From NCBI RefSeq assembly GCF_050053475.1, contig NZ_JBBBDN010000001.1: a DNA stretch of 64,000 nucleotides; one strand, 5' to 3'. This document shows, in pieces, positions 18,871 through 27,960 of the stretch. Below the pieces are notes generated by a model, which had not been told where the DNA came from, did not search any database, and was given only the letters and a program-made list of their open reading frames with translations. Position 1 is the stretch's first letter; each line of letters opens with the position of its first letter. This DNA comes from Lusitaniella coriacea LEGE 07167 (lineage in GTDB: Bacteria > Cyanobacteriota > Cyanobacteriia > Cyanobacteriales > Spirulinaceae). The position numbers and the translations under genes were made by a program.

Positions 18871-20562
18871 GTGTCAGTTGAAGCCTGGACAACCCTATTC
18901 GTTATTCTTTCCTTTATTGGCTACACTTACATTGGTTGGCGATCGCGCGTTCGCGATAGCAAAGGTTTTTTTATTGCCGACCAAGGTATTCCCGCGATTG
19001 CCAATGGTGCCGCAACCGCCGCCGATTGGATGTCTGCCGCTTCGTTCATCTCGATGGCGGGGTTAATTTCCACCTTGGGATACGACGGTTCGATTTACCT
19101 CATGGGATGGACGGGGGGATTTGTTCTTCTCGCCCTGCTTCTCGCCCCATACTTGCGTAAGTTTGGTAAATATACCGTTCCGGATTTTGTCGGCGATCGC
19201 TACTATTCTAACGTCGCCCGTTTAGTCGCCGTCGTCGCCGCAATTTTCATCTCCCTCACCTACGTCGCCGGACAAATGCGCGGCGTGGGCATTGTCTTCA
19301 GTCGCTTTTTGCAGGTGGATGTGGAGACGGGGGTGATTATTGGTATGGTGATTGTCGGTTTTTTCGCCGTGTTGGGGGGAATGAAGGGGATTACCTGGAC
19401 GCAGGTGGCACAATATTCCGTTCTGATTGTCGCTTATTTAATTCCGGCGTTCGCGATCGCGTGGATTCTCACCGATAATCCCATCCCCCAACTCGCCTTC
19501 ACCTTCAGCGATATCGTTCCCAAACTCAACCAAATTCAAGTGGATTTAGGGTTTTCCGAATACACCCAACCCTTCGCCAACAAATCCATGCTCGATGTCC
19601 TGTTCATCACCATTGCCCTAATGGTGGGAACCGCAGGACTCCCCCACGTTATCGTCCGCTTTTACACCGTTCCCAATCCCCGTGCGGCGCGTTATTCTGC
19701 GGGTTGGGCATTACTCTTCATCGCCCTCCTCTACACCACCGCCCCCTCAATCGCCTCCTTTGCGCGCTACAACCTCATTGACAGCTTGCACAACAAAACC
19801 ATTGAAGAGGTGCAGCAACTCGACTGGGCAACCAAATGGAAGAATACCGAACTCCTCAAATACGAGGATAAAAACGGTAACGGACGCTTAGAGTTAACCC
19901 CAGACGAAGAAACCAGCGAAGTCACTATCGATAGGGACATTATCGTTCTTTCCACCCCGGAAGTCGCCCAACTCTCTCCTCTTGTCATCGCCCTGGTTGC
20001 CGCCGGAGGACTTGCTGCCGCCCTTTCCACCGCCTCCGGGTTGTTGTTGGTGATTTCCAGTTCTATTGCCCACGATGTCTACTACCGCCTGTACAACCCC
20101 CAAGCATCAGAGGCTCAACGGGTGATGGTGGGACGAATTATGGTCGGTTTTGCCATTGCCGTTGCGGGGTATTTTGGGATGTATCCCCCCGGATTTGTCG
20201 CTCAGGTGGTGGCGTTCGCCTTTGGTTTGGCAGCGGCGAGTTTCTTCCCGGTTATACTCCTGGGTATCTTTGATAAGCGTACCAATCGCGAGGGCGCAAT
20301 ATCAGGAATGATCGTCGGTTTGACTTTCACCGCGTTCTATATCATTGGCGTGAAGTTCTACAATATGCCCACTTGGTTCTTTGATATTTCCCCAGAAGGC
20401 ATCGGTACTGTAGGCATGATTCTCAATTTCATCGTCACCCTCGTCGTCTCGCGACTCACCCCACCCCCACCTCTCGAAATTCAAGAAATGGTTGATATGC
20501 TGCGTTCTCCCGAAGATGCACCCCCTGCGTTAGGAGATATCGGCGAAGAACAGCTAGATTAA
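18871..20562 (+). CDS. sodium:solute symporter family (ActP-like cation/acetate symporter)
   Basis: 563 aa, ~13 TM helices, SSF signature region (GGMKGITWTQVAQY...), central hydrophilic loop as in ActP. Confidence 0.85.
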   Translation: MSVEAWTTLFVILSFIGYTYIGWRSRVRDSKGFFIADQGIPAIANGAATAADWMSAASFISMAGLISTLGYDGSIYLMGWTGGFVLLALLLAPYLRKFGKYTVPDFVGDRYYSNVARLVAVVAAIFISLTYVAGQMRGVGIVFSRFLQVDVETGVIIGMVIVGFFAVLGGMKGITWTQVAQYSVLIVAYLIPAFAIAWILTDNPIPQLAFTFSDIVPKLNQIQVDLGFSEYTQPFANKSMLDVLFITIALMVGTAGLPHVIVRFYTVPNPRAARYSAGWALLFIALLYTTAPSIASFARYNLIDSLHNKTIEEVQQLDWATKWKNTELLKYEDKNGNGRLELTPDEETSEVTIDRDIIVLSTPEVAQLSPLVIALVAAGGLAAALSTASGLLLVISSSIAHDVYYRLYNPQASEAQRVMVGRIMVGFAIAVAGYFGMYPPGFVAQVVAFAFGLAAASFFPVILLGIFDKRTNREGAISGMIVGLTFTAFYIIGVKFYNMPTWFFDISPEGIGTVGMILNFIVTLVVSRLTPPPPLEIQEMVDMLRSPEDAPPALGDIGEEQLD

Positions 20563-20613
20563 AAAAACTAAATCAATGTATCCGCTACCAACCCGGTAAT
20601 AGATATTGTAGGG

Positions 20614-20690
20614 GCGCAATGCTTGCGCCCTATCTATTTTGAGCATATGTAGATATAACGTAGGGCGGGCAATGCCCGCCCATTAAACAT
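20614..20690. repeat. tandem REP-like hairpin elements (TAGGGGCGCAATGCTTGCGCCCTAT / TAGGGCGGGCAATGCCCGCCCATTA)
   Basis: Two perfect 8-bp stems around a conserved AATGC loop, with compensatory stem changes between units. A third weaker hairpin (ggcgcactctataagtgcg) follows. Another copy is at 27899-27925. Confidence 0.8.
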
Positions 20691-20792
20691 TGTGGCGTTT
20701 TAAATGGCGCACTCTATAAGTGCGTTGCCCATCCTATGCGATGTCTTTAGGATTTGGTATTAGAAAAGATGAGGATAATTGGTTGCGATAGC

Positions 20793-20835
20793 AAAAAAAA
20801 CCAGGATGACCTAACCGATAGGATCGCCCTGGTTT
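20793..20835 (-). terminator. rho-independent (bidirectional) terminator downstream of the GT4 gene
   Basis: aaaaaaaaCCAGGatgacctaaccgataggatcgcCCTGGtttta; on the minus strand a hairpin followed by T8. Confidence 0.55.
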
Positions 20836-20851
20836 TATAATTACGCGAGTT

Positions 20852-22180
20852 TTAACTGACTTTTTGAGACGTTGAGATCGCGCGTTTTTTCGTTGCGACC
20901 TTTGCTTTACGCTTGCCAAAGAAAAACTCTTGGTGTAATTGCTTAAGTAACGAGAGGTAGAGTTCGTCTAATTGCATTGCAACGCCATCCCAACTAAAGT
21001 GAGATTCTACGCGATCGCGCGCGCCATGACCCAATCGATCGCGCCTGGTTGGATTGGAGATCATGCGGTTAATTGACGCGGCAAAAGCGACCTCATCTTT
21101 AGGGGGTGCGAGAAGTCCGGTTTCTTCGGGAACGACGGTATATTTCAGTCCGCCAACCTCACTCGCGACGACAGGCGTACCGCTTGCCATTGCTTCAATC
21201 GCAACCAAACCAAAAGGTTCGTAGTGACTGGGAACAACGCAAACATCGGCGGCTGCGTAGTATTGTGCGAGCTGGTCGTGGTCGAGGCGACCCGTGAAGG
21301 TCGTACAATCGGTTAATTCCAACTCTTCAACAATACTTTCAATTCGCGCTCTTTCTTCGCCGTCAGGCTGTCCGGGACGACTTCCCCCAGCGATAATCAA
21401 CTGAATATTCTCATGGGTGCGAACTTCCGAACGACCGACTGCGCGAACTAAGGTTTCAATGCCTTTGCGAGGGTCGAAGCGTCCGGCGTAGAGAACAATT
21501 TTAGCATTGGGTTGCAGGTTGAGGGTTTCTCTGGCGATCGCGCGATCGATATTGCCAAAGCGTTCGATGTCCGTACCGCAAGGAATAACATCAATATTCC
21601 CTTTCTGTGAAACAAACGATCGCATATGGTCTTGTTCTTGAGGAGAAGTGGCAACCACGCGATCGACAGTTTCTAAACAATTTTTCTCGATTTTAAGGCG
21701 CGTTTTAGCAATTAAAGGAATGGTTGTTTCTGCTTTATATTTAACTGCACCTAAAGAGTGATAGGTATGAATGAGTTTCACCAACTGGCGTTTTCTTATT
21801 TCCATGCCCACCCAAGAAGAAAGCCAGTAATTGGTGTGAATAATTGGGTAAATCGTATTGGATTCAGCCTGAAAACGGAAGAAGGCTTCAACAAATTCTG
21901 GTAAATGTTTGAAAAGCTCATTTCGTCCGACAAAGGTTTCAGACCCCGCAGTGAGGCGAATCGTGCGACATCCGGGACAATGCTCGACAATGGCTTTTTG
22001 CTCTGGGGAGGTGCGGCGAGTAAACATATCGACTTGCCAGCCTGTTCGCGCTAATGCTTCTCCGACTTGTCTGACATAAACATTTTGTCCGCCCGCTTCT
22101 TCTTTACCAATTTCTACGGCAGGATCGCCGTGAACAGAAATAAGGGCAATTTTTCCGCGATTCTTATCTTGAGCAAGCAT
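20852..22180 (-). CDS. GT4 family glycosyltransferase (sucrose-phosphate-synthase-like / MshA-like)
   Basis: 442 aa; N-terminal IALISVHGDP...GGQNVYV, HTNYW, EPFG and E-x7-E region typical of GT-B retaining GT4. The size resembles single-domain cyanobacterial SPS. Confidence 0.75.
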   Translation of the reverse strand: MLAQDKNRGKIALISVHGDPAVEIGKEEAGGQNVYVRQVGEALARTGWQVDMFTRRTSPEQKAIVEHCPGCRTIRLTAGSETFVGRNELFKHLPEFVEAFFRFQAESNTIYPIIHTNYWLSSWVGMEIRKRQLVKLIHTYHSLGAVKYKAETTIPLIAKTRLKIEKNCLETVDRVVATSPQEQDHMRSFVSQKGNIDVIPCGTDIERFGNIDRAIARETLNLQPNAKIVLYAGRFDPRKGIETLVRAVGRSEVRTHENIQLIIAGGSRPGQPDGEERARIESIVEELELTDCTTFTGRLDHDQLAQYYAAADVCVVPSHYEPFGLVAIEAMASGTPVVASEVGGLKYTVVPEETGLLAPPKDEVAFAASINRMISNPTRRDRLGHGARDRVESHFSWDGVAMQLDELYLSLLKQLHQEFFFGKRKAKVATKKRAISTSQKVS

Positions 22181-22414
22181 AATTTTGACTGTGAGAAGAG
22201 AGGTGATTTGAACTCTATTTTTTAAAAAAAGATTAGCTTGAAAAGTAATTTCTTCTTGCTATCAAACAATTGTTGTTTTAAAAGATATAAGAGAAGCTTT
22301 TCAAAACTTTACATAATAATAAGCGTATTTTTCTTGTGGGACATCATTCCCAGGTCATAAATCTCTAGGGAGATATATTGCGAGCTTATCGCTTCAATAA
22401 TTATGGCTAATCTG

Positions 22415-22475
22415 TAAGCAGTCAGCCATCAGCTATCAGGTGTCAGCAAAAAACTTGCTATTCCTATAGCGTTGA
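22415..22475 (+). repeat. mosaic intergenic repeat, partial copy 2
   Basis: taagcagtcagccatcagctatcaggtgtcagcaaaaaacttgctattcctatagc; lacks the GTCCTAACC module. Confidence 0.6.
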
Positions 22476-22510
22476 CCTTTGGGATATGGAACTTTGCGCG
22501 ATAGCAAAAG

Positions 22511-22587
22511 GGAACAGGGAACAGGGAACAGGGAACAGGGAACAGCGCCTGACGGCAAGGCAGAGGGCAGAGGGCAGGTGGCAGAAG
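22511..22587. repeat. STRR-like heptamer tandem repeats (GGAACAG x5, then GGCAGAG-type x4)
   Basis: ggaacag x5 at 22511-22545; ggcagagggcagagggcaggtggcagaagg at 22558-22587. Confidence 0.85.
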
Positions 22588-22684
22588 GTTTCTCAATCTC
22601 CCCCAGCTCCCCTCTCCCCGCGTCTCCCGGTCACTGAGCGTGTCGAAGTGCCGTGTCTCCCCATCTCCCAGCCTCCCTCTCCAA

Positions 22685-23410
22685 CTAGCGTTTCAAGAAG
22701 CGGTTGTACGCCATTTCCATCCCTAAAAGACAAGCCATTAACCACACTAAACCTGCTGCATACCCGGCGGCGATATCGGTTAACCAGTGAACGCCAAGAT
22801 AAAGCCGACTAAAACCGATCGCGAAAATTAAGATTGTGGTGAGACTGGCGATAAGCTTCCAGCGAGCGGGGAAACGCTTTGCCAGCCAGTATCCCAGAAA
22901 ACCGTAAATTGCGAGGGAAATCATGGCGTGACCGCTAGGGAAGCTGTAGAAATCCACCTCAACAATTCGTTCCCACAATGCAGGGCGATCGCGCGCGAAC
23001 AGGTGTTTGAGCCAAAAGTTTAAGCCCGTTGCGCCGATGGCATTGACCGCCCACGCGATCGCGTCGATCCATTGCCGACGGAACAGTAATGCCACACTCA
23101 TCATAATACTGAGGGCAAAGAGTAGGACGGGTTCGCCCAAAGTGGTCGCCGCGATCGCGATTTGCGTTAACCAGGGTGTATGGATCGCGTACACTGCTTG
23201 GGAAACGGCAGTATCGAGGGTTTGGGTTTCTTGGGAGAAGACGTTTTCTGCAATTTCCCAAAATCCCCACAGTGCCAGACCCGCGATCGCGAACCCGCAA
23301 AGTAAGAGGATTGAAATGTAGGACAGTTGTATCGAATGTCTCTTTTTCCTCCAGTTCTTAATTGAATTTTTAATTAGTCCGCGATCGCGTAATTTTTTCA
23401 ATTTTCTCAA
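22685..23410 (-). CDS. PAP2-family membrane phosphatase
   Basis: KHLFARDRP, SFPSGHA and SRLYLGVHWLTD correspond to PAP2 motifs I-III; 241 aa, multi-TM. Confidence 0.8.
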   Translation of the reverse strand: MRKLKKLRDRGLIKNSIKNWRKKRHSIQLSYISILLLCGFAIAGLALWGFWEIAENVFSQETQTLDTAVSQAVYAIHTPWLTQIAIAATTLGEPVLLFALSIMMSVALLFRRQWIDAIAWAVNAIGATGLNFWLKHLFARDRPALWERIVEVDFYSFPSGHAMISLAIYGFLGYWLAKRFPARWKLIASLTTILIFAIGFSRLYLGVHWLTDIAAGYAAGLVWLMACLLGMEMAYNRFLKR

Positions 23411-24564
23411 CGAATCACCTCATCACTCTCAGAAGTATTAACGCGCTGGCGAATGGCATCTAGAATCTTAGCTTCCGCATCGGTAACAACGCCATCAATG
23501 TGAGCAATATGTTCGCACTGGGCAAGCAACACGACTGCACAATCCGATTCGAGTTGTTCGAGCAAATCCTGTAGGGGTTGGGGATTTTTGAGGTGAGTCG
23601 CGATCGCGTCAATGGAAGCAGGGGATAAATCCATCGAACGTAATTCCAACAAAATATCAGACCAGGACTGCTCAGAAGCGCTAATTGAATCAGACGATTC
23701 GCTCGTTGGAGGCAAATTTGGCAAAATATGCGACCAGGATCTTCCGGGATAACTGGCTAACACCATATGAACCAAAATTCGATCCATAATCTCTCGCTGG
23801 GAGAGAAGGGTTTTAATATACGCCTCGCTTTCTTCTTGTAGCGCGATCGGATCGACTGTTGCCGATTGCTGCTTTTGCTCGTACAGGCGCGTGGCAATAA
23901 ATCCGAGGGCATAAAACATGACGGCATTGCTTGAAGCCCCCACCACTGCCCCAACGCCGGGAATCATCTCCACAAACCCCAAACCCGCCTTCAGGGTTTC
24001 GCTGCCCAATGCCAGACCAAAAATGGCAATAACCTCTCCCCTGCGAGTTGAGGCGTACAAATCCAAACCGTGGGCGGCTGCAATCTCGTAAACCATTTCC
24101 GCTTGCATTTTGGCAGTTGCGACTAACTCAATCCCCAATAGTGCGGCGGCGATGGGGGGAATAATATTCGTCGTAAAACCCACCCCTGCCGCATACAGAG
24201 CCTTTTTGACAATTAAACGATGGGCGATTTGACTGGGAGATTCTTCAGGATATTCTTGCTGAATGGCTCGCACCCGCGCATTCACTTTTTCAACATCAAC
24301 CCCGCCGAGTAACGTCTTTAACCAATCTGCACCCAACTTATCTGAAAAGAATTTAATCAGGGGATTGTCAGCAACCGCAGACAAAGTATTCCCTGCGGTT
24401 TCCGTTGTTTGCTCGAACAGTTGCTGTGCGGTTTGAGATGCCGACTCAACAACATTTTCAACAACTTCTGCGGCTTCTTGGGTTACTTTTCCTACTGTGT
24501 CCGCGATAGGATCGTTATTGGGTTCTACTGCATTCTGAGGCGTTGGCGGGTGGCTATTACTCAT
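23407..24564 (-). CDS. hypothetical protein (EcsC-like glycine-rich core, TerB-like C-terminus?)
   Basis: 385 aa; glycine/alanine-rich amphipathic core (GVGFTTNIIPPIAAALLGIELV...), acidic N-terminus. The family assignment is a guess. Confidence 0.55.
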   Translation of the reverse strand: MSNSHPPTPQNAVEPNNDPIADTVGKVTQEAAEVVENVVESASQTAQQLFEQTTETAGNTLSAVADNPLIKFFSDKLGADWLKTLLGGVDVEKVNARVRAIQQEYPEESPSQIAHRLIVKKALYAAGVGFTTNIIPPIAAALLGIELVATAKMQAEMVYEIAAAHGLDLYASTRRGEVIAIFGLALGSETLKAGLGFVEMIPGVGAVVGASSNAVMFYALGFIATRLYEQKQQSATVDPIALQEESEAYIKTLLSQREIMDRILVHMVLASYPGRSWSHILPNLPPTSESSDSISASEQSWSDILLELRSMDLSPASIDAIATHLKNPQPLQDLLEQLESDCAVVLLAQCEHIAHIDGVVTDAEAKILDAIRQRVNTSESDEVIR

Positions 24565-24673
24565 TGAAGATTTGTTTGGGTTACCAATCTATTTTTTTCA
24601 ACTTGGCACAAATATCCTTTAGCGATGAACTATCTTTAGTTAGAAGTTTTGATCTATCTACGTTGTATATCCT

Positions 24674-26074
24674 ATGTCTATTGGTTTAGACAGAGAGGAG
24701 CGCATCGATAAAATGGTTGGTCAAAAAACTAGAGTTGAGCGTTTAGATCGACCTAAATGGTTGCAACTTCCCGTCGTCGCGATCGCGTCCGTTACGATCC
24801 TCATTACGCCAACCGGGAGTTGGGCGCAAACAGAACTCGTTCCCGTTCCAAGTCCCGCACAGTCTCCGGCTACCGCTCAATCTGGCGACGGACTTTATTT
24901 TGCAGACATTATCGTTCGAGGCAGACCCGTTTTTCAAGTGGGGAGTTTACAAGATGTTAGCGCGCGCGATCGCGCCCAGATTATCAATCGTCGTATCGCC
25001 AGCCTACTCTCTCAAACAGAAGATATCGAAACCGTTACTATTAGCCCCGACAATCCGCGCAAAATTGCCACCTTGCGAGTCAACAATCGCGTCTTGATGA
25101 CCGTTACCCAACAGGATGCCGAAGACTTTGGCTTAGACGTTGAAGCCCTTGCAGAGCGTTGGTCTGAGCGACTCACCGAAGCCTTCGATCGACCGCCTCT
25201 CGCCGTTGATGTCGGACAGCGACTTTACGAAACCGTGCGGGATCTCGTCAGGGACACAATTGGCAACCTCCCTTCCTTACTGGGCGCGATCGTTGTCGTT
25301 GGCATTACCTGGGGCGTTGCCAAAGGCGTGCGCTACGCCGCCTTCACCTGGGCGCAACAAACCGAAGGCGATCCCAACACAGAAGTCCTAATCGCACGAT
25401 TGGTTTATGGGGGCATTTGGGTCGTTGGTTCGATCGTCGCTTTGGGAATTTTGGGACTCAATTTTGGAGCTTTATTGGGGGCGCTAGGACTGACCAGTGT
25501 TGCCATTGGTTTTAGTCTCAAAGATGTCCTGAGTAACTACATCTCCGGAGTCATTTTATTAGCCGCTCATCCCTTTCGCATCAACGATCAAGTCGTCATT
25601 GGGGATTATGAAGGAACGATCGCGCAAATTCAACTTCGGGCAACAACAATCCGCACTTACGACGGGCGTTTGGTATATATTCCCAATCAGGAAGTATTTG
25701 AGGCGAGCATTATTAACAATACCGCCTCTCCTCGTCGGCGCAGCTCGGTAATGGTGGGAATCGACTACGGCGAAAATATCGAACAAGCCAAACAAGTCAT
25801 TTGCCAAGCCTTAGATACGATTGATACCGTAGAGCGCGATCCGCTTCCAGATATTCTAGTTAGGGAATTGGCAGCCAGTACGGTTAATTTGGAAGTTCGC
25901 TTCTGGGTGGACTCGCGAAGAGCAGGATTTCTCGCCACGACTTCAATTGCGACCCAGGCGATTAAAGAGGCGCTCGAAGGGGCGGATATCGATATGCCAA
26001 CGGATATTTACACCTTACTCTTTCGCAACATTCCCGCTCAACTTCAGGTTACGGCTGGTGAGGAAATGGGGTGA
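24674..26074 (+). CDS. small-conductance mechanosensitive channel (MscS family)
   Basis: 466 aa; signal/periplasmic N-domain, three TM helices, conserved MscS TM3/beta-domain region (GALLGALGLTSVAIGFSLKDVLSNYISGVILL...PFRINDQVVIGDYEGTI). Confidence 0.85.
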   Translation: MSIGLDREERIDKMVGQKTRVERLDRPKWLQLPVVAIASVTILITPTGSWAQTELVPVPSPAQSPATAQSGDGLYFADIIVRGRPVFQVGSLQDVSARDRAQIINRRIASLLSQTEDIETVTISPDNPRKIATLRVNNRVLMTVTQQDAEDFGLDVEALAERWSERLTEAFDRPPLAVDVGQRLYETVRDLVRDTIGNLPSLLGAIVVVGITWGVAKGVRYAAFTWAQQTEGDPNTEVLIARLVYGGIWVVGSIVALGILGLNFGALLGALGLTSVAIGFSLKDVLSNYISGVILLAAHPFRINDQVVIGDYEGTIAQIQLRATTIRTYDGRLVYIPNQEVFEASIINNTASPRRRSSVMVGIDYGENIEQAKQVICQALDTIDTVERDPLPDILVRELAASTVNLEVRFWVDSRRAGFLATTSIATQAIKEALEGADIDMPTDIYTLLFRNIPAQLQVTAGEEMG

Positions 26075-26184
26075 TGGGGTGAGAAGAAGCAGGGGAGGCA
26101 GGGGAGCAGGGGGAGCGGGGAGAGATGACACGGAGAGTGGGAGACACGGTGACGGGGTGATGGGGTGACGGGGTGACACGGTGA
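26068..26184. repeat. octamer NGGGGTGA repeat tracts (tggggtgatggggtga ... gacggggtgatggggtgacggggtgacacggtga)
   Basis: The first tract straddles and supplies the TGA stop of the MscS gene. Related CACGGGGACGGGGTGAGG copies are at about 2891, 16057 and 45076 (rc). Confidence 0.8.
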
Positions 26185-26237
26185 ATTTTTATGATGTGCA
26201 ATTAGGAGGATTTGATGTGACGGGGAGTATCGATAAA

Positions 26238-26444
26238 TTAATCGATCAACTGGATTCTCGCCATTTTTTGTTCGTCAAAAACTTGATTAATCTGGCGGCG
26301 ACCTTCATCTGTCACTGATAGATCGCTTAAAAAAGTAGTCACAAGCTGAAAATATTCTCGGCGATCGATCTGACCGGTTTCTAAAACGCGATCGATATTT
26401 TGCTGAAGATTAGAATTGGATTGGGGATCGGGGATTTTAACCAT
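26238..26444 (-). CDS. small hypothetical protein
   Basis: 68-aa ORF in the gap between the MscS and gloB genes; no recognisable motif. Confidence 0.35.
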   Translation of the reverse strand: MVKIPDPQSNSNLQQNIDRVLETGQIDRREYFQLVTTFLSDLSVTDEGRRQINQVFDEQKMARIQLID

Positions 26445-26466
26445 AACAAACTAATTAATTAATTAA

Positions 26467-27240
26467 ATGAACATTTTACGAATTCCAGTGCTATCCGATA
26501 ATTATATTTTCCTGCTGCACGACCCAGTAAACGATGTTGCGGCGGTTGTCGATCCCGCACAAGCCGAACCCGTATTGCAACAATTGAAAGCATTGAATGC
26601 TGAGTTGGTGGCGATTTTCAATACCCATCACCATCTCGATCATGTGGGCGGAAATCGCGTCCTGAAGCAGCATTTTCCCCAAGTTTGTATTTATGGGGGA
26701 GAGGAGGATCGCGGGCGCATCCCAGGACAGGAGGTATTTTTAAGGTCGCGCGATCGCGTACAATTTGCCGAGAGAACTGCAACAGTGTTCTTTGTTCCCG
26801 GACACACCCGCGCCCACATTGCCTATTATTTTCCCCCCATTGACCCCCAGGAGCCGGGGGAATTACTCTGTGGCGATACGCTCTTTGCGGGGGGATGCGG
26901 TCGATTGTTTGAAGGGACTCCTGCACAAATGGTCGATTCTTTGAGCAAAATTCGCAGTTTGCCCGACAATACGCGAGTGTGGTGCGCTCATGAATATACC
27001 TTGAATAATCTTCGATTTGCCCTCAGCGTGGATGGGGAGAATGCCGCCTTGCAACAGCGCTATCGGGAGGTGCAAAAATTGAGATCGCGCGATCGCGCCA
27101 CCATTCCCTCTCTCCTGGGTCTAGAAAAACAAACCAATCCATTTCTGCGCTGGGACACCCCAACCCTACAAGAGGCGATGGGAACGACCGATCCCGTGAG
27201 AACATTTGGGCGCTTGCGCGGCAAAAAAGACTGTTTTTGA
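26467..27240 (+). CDS. gloB: hydroxyacylglutathione hydrolase (glyoxalase II)
   Basis: 257 aa; metallo-beta-lactamase fold [10 protein letters not shown], start [15 protein letters not shown] typical of GloB. Confidence 0.85.
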   Translation: MNILRIPVLSDNYIFLLHDPVNDVAAVVDPAQAEPVLQQLKALNAELVAIFNTHHHLDHVGGNRVLKQHFPQVCIYGGEEDRGRIPGQEVFLRSRDRVQFAERTATVFFVPGHTRAHIAYYFPPIDPQEPGELLCGDTLFAGGCGRLFEGTPAQMVDSLSKIRSLPDNTRVWCAHEYTLNNLRFALSVDGENAALQQRYREVQKLRSRDRATIPSLLGLEKQTNPFLRWDTPTLQEAMGTTDPVRTFGRLRGKKDCF

Positions 27241-27388
27241 GTGCAGAATAGAGTTGCGATCGCGCTCCTCGGAGTTATAGAATTGAGTGTTTTGACCCCA
27301 CCGAAAGACACAACCGTCTGAGAGGAATCCTTAACCATTAGGAAAAGGAGGATGTCAAAGAAAAACAACGCATCGATTAGGAAGAATT

Positions 27389-27859
27389 ATGGCAAAGCGA
27401 GTACAGGTTGTTTTAAACAAAGATATCAGTAAATTAGGGAAATCTGGAGATTTATTAGACGTTGCTCCCGGTTACGCCCGCAATTATTTAGTGCCGCAAG
27501 GGTTGGCCATGCGGGCAACGCCAGGAGTCATTAAACAAGTTGAGAGGAGACGGGAAAAAGAAAGACAGCGCTTGCTAGAAATTAAGCAACAAGCAGAAGC
27601 GCGCAAAACAGCTTTGACTACCATTGGTCGCTTGAGAATTGAAAAGCAAGCCGGTGAAGGAAATGCAATCTTTGGAACGGTTACCGCCCAGGATATTGCA
27701 GATATCATTCAAGCCAACATCAACTACGAAGTAGATAAGCGGGGAATCACCGTCCCAGAAATTAGCACTCTCGGCGTTTACAAAGCAGAAGTGAGATTGC
27801 ACCCGGAAGTTATTTCTGAAGTTGAATTTGAGGTGATGCCTGCAAAAGGAGAAGGTTAG
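27389..27859 (+). CDS. rplI: 50S ribosomal protein L9
   Basis: [40 protein letters not shown] is a canonical L9 N-domain; 156 aa. Confidence 0.9.
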   Translation: MAKRVQVVLNKDISKLGKSGDLLDVAPGYARNYLVPQGLAMRATPGVIKQVERRREKERQRLLEIKQQAEARKTALTTIGRLRIEKQAGEGNAIFGTVTAQDIADIIQANINYEVDKRGITVPEISTLGVYKAEVRLHPEVISEVEFEVMPAKGEG

Positions 27860-27898
27860 TTCAGAGTTCAGAGTTATGAATTTTGAATTCATAATGGG

Positions 27899-27925
27899 GT
27901 AGGGGCGCAATGCTTGCGCCCTATA
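27899..27925. repeat. REP-like hairpin (GGGGCGCAATGCTTGCGCCC), same family as 20614-20640
   Basis: Identical to unit 1 of the 20.6-kb cluster; followed by a T-run (tataatattttttgc), so it is likely also the rplI terminator. Confidence 0.8.
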
Positions 27926-27960
27926 ATATTTTTTGCTTTGGGAATACGTCAGGAACAACA

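Noticed and set aside
22511-22587. Possible CRISPR array suggested by short direct repeats
   Set aside because: The units are 7-9 nt and directly adjacent, with no 25-40-nt unique spacers and no cas genes; these are STRR-type microsatellites.
22486-22812. 108-aa ORF spanning the heptamer repeat tracts
   Set aside because: Its sequence (GNREQGTGNREQ...) is a translation of GGAACAG and GGCAGAG tandem repeats in an intergenic region, with no RBS.
27353-27433. 26-codon ORF with perfect AAGGAGG SD overlapping the rplI start in another frame
   Set aside because: The L9 N-terminus [12 protein letters not shown] at 27389 is canonical and has its own AGGAAG SD; the upstream ORF is probably fortuitous, although a leader peptide cannot be excluded.
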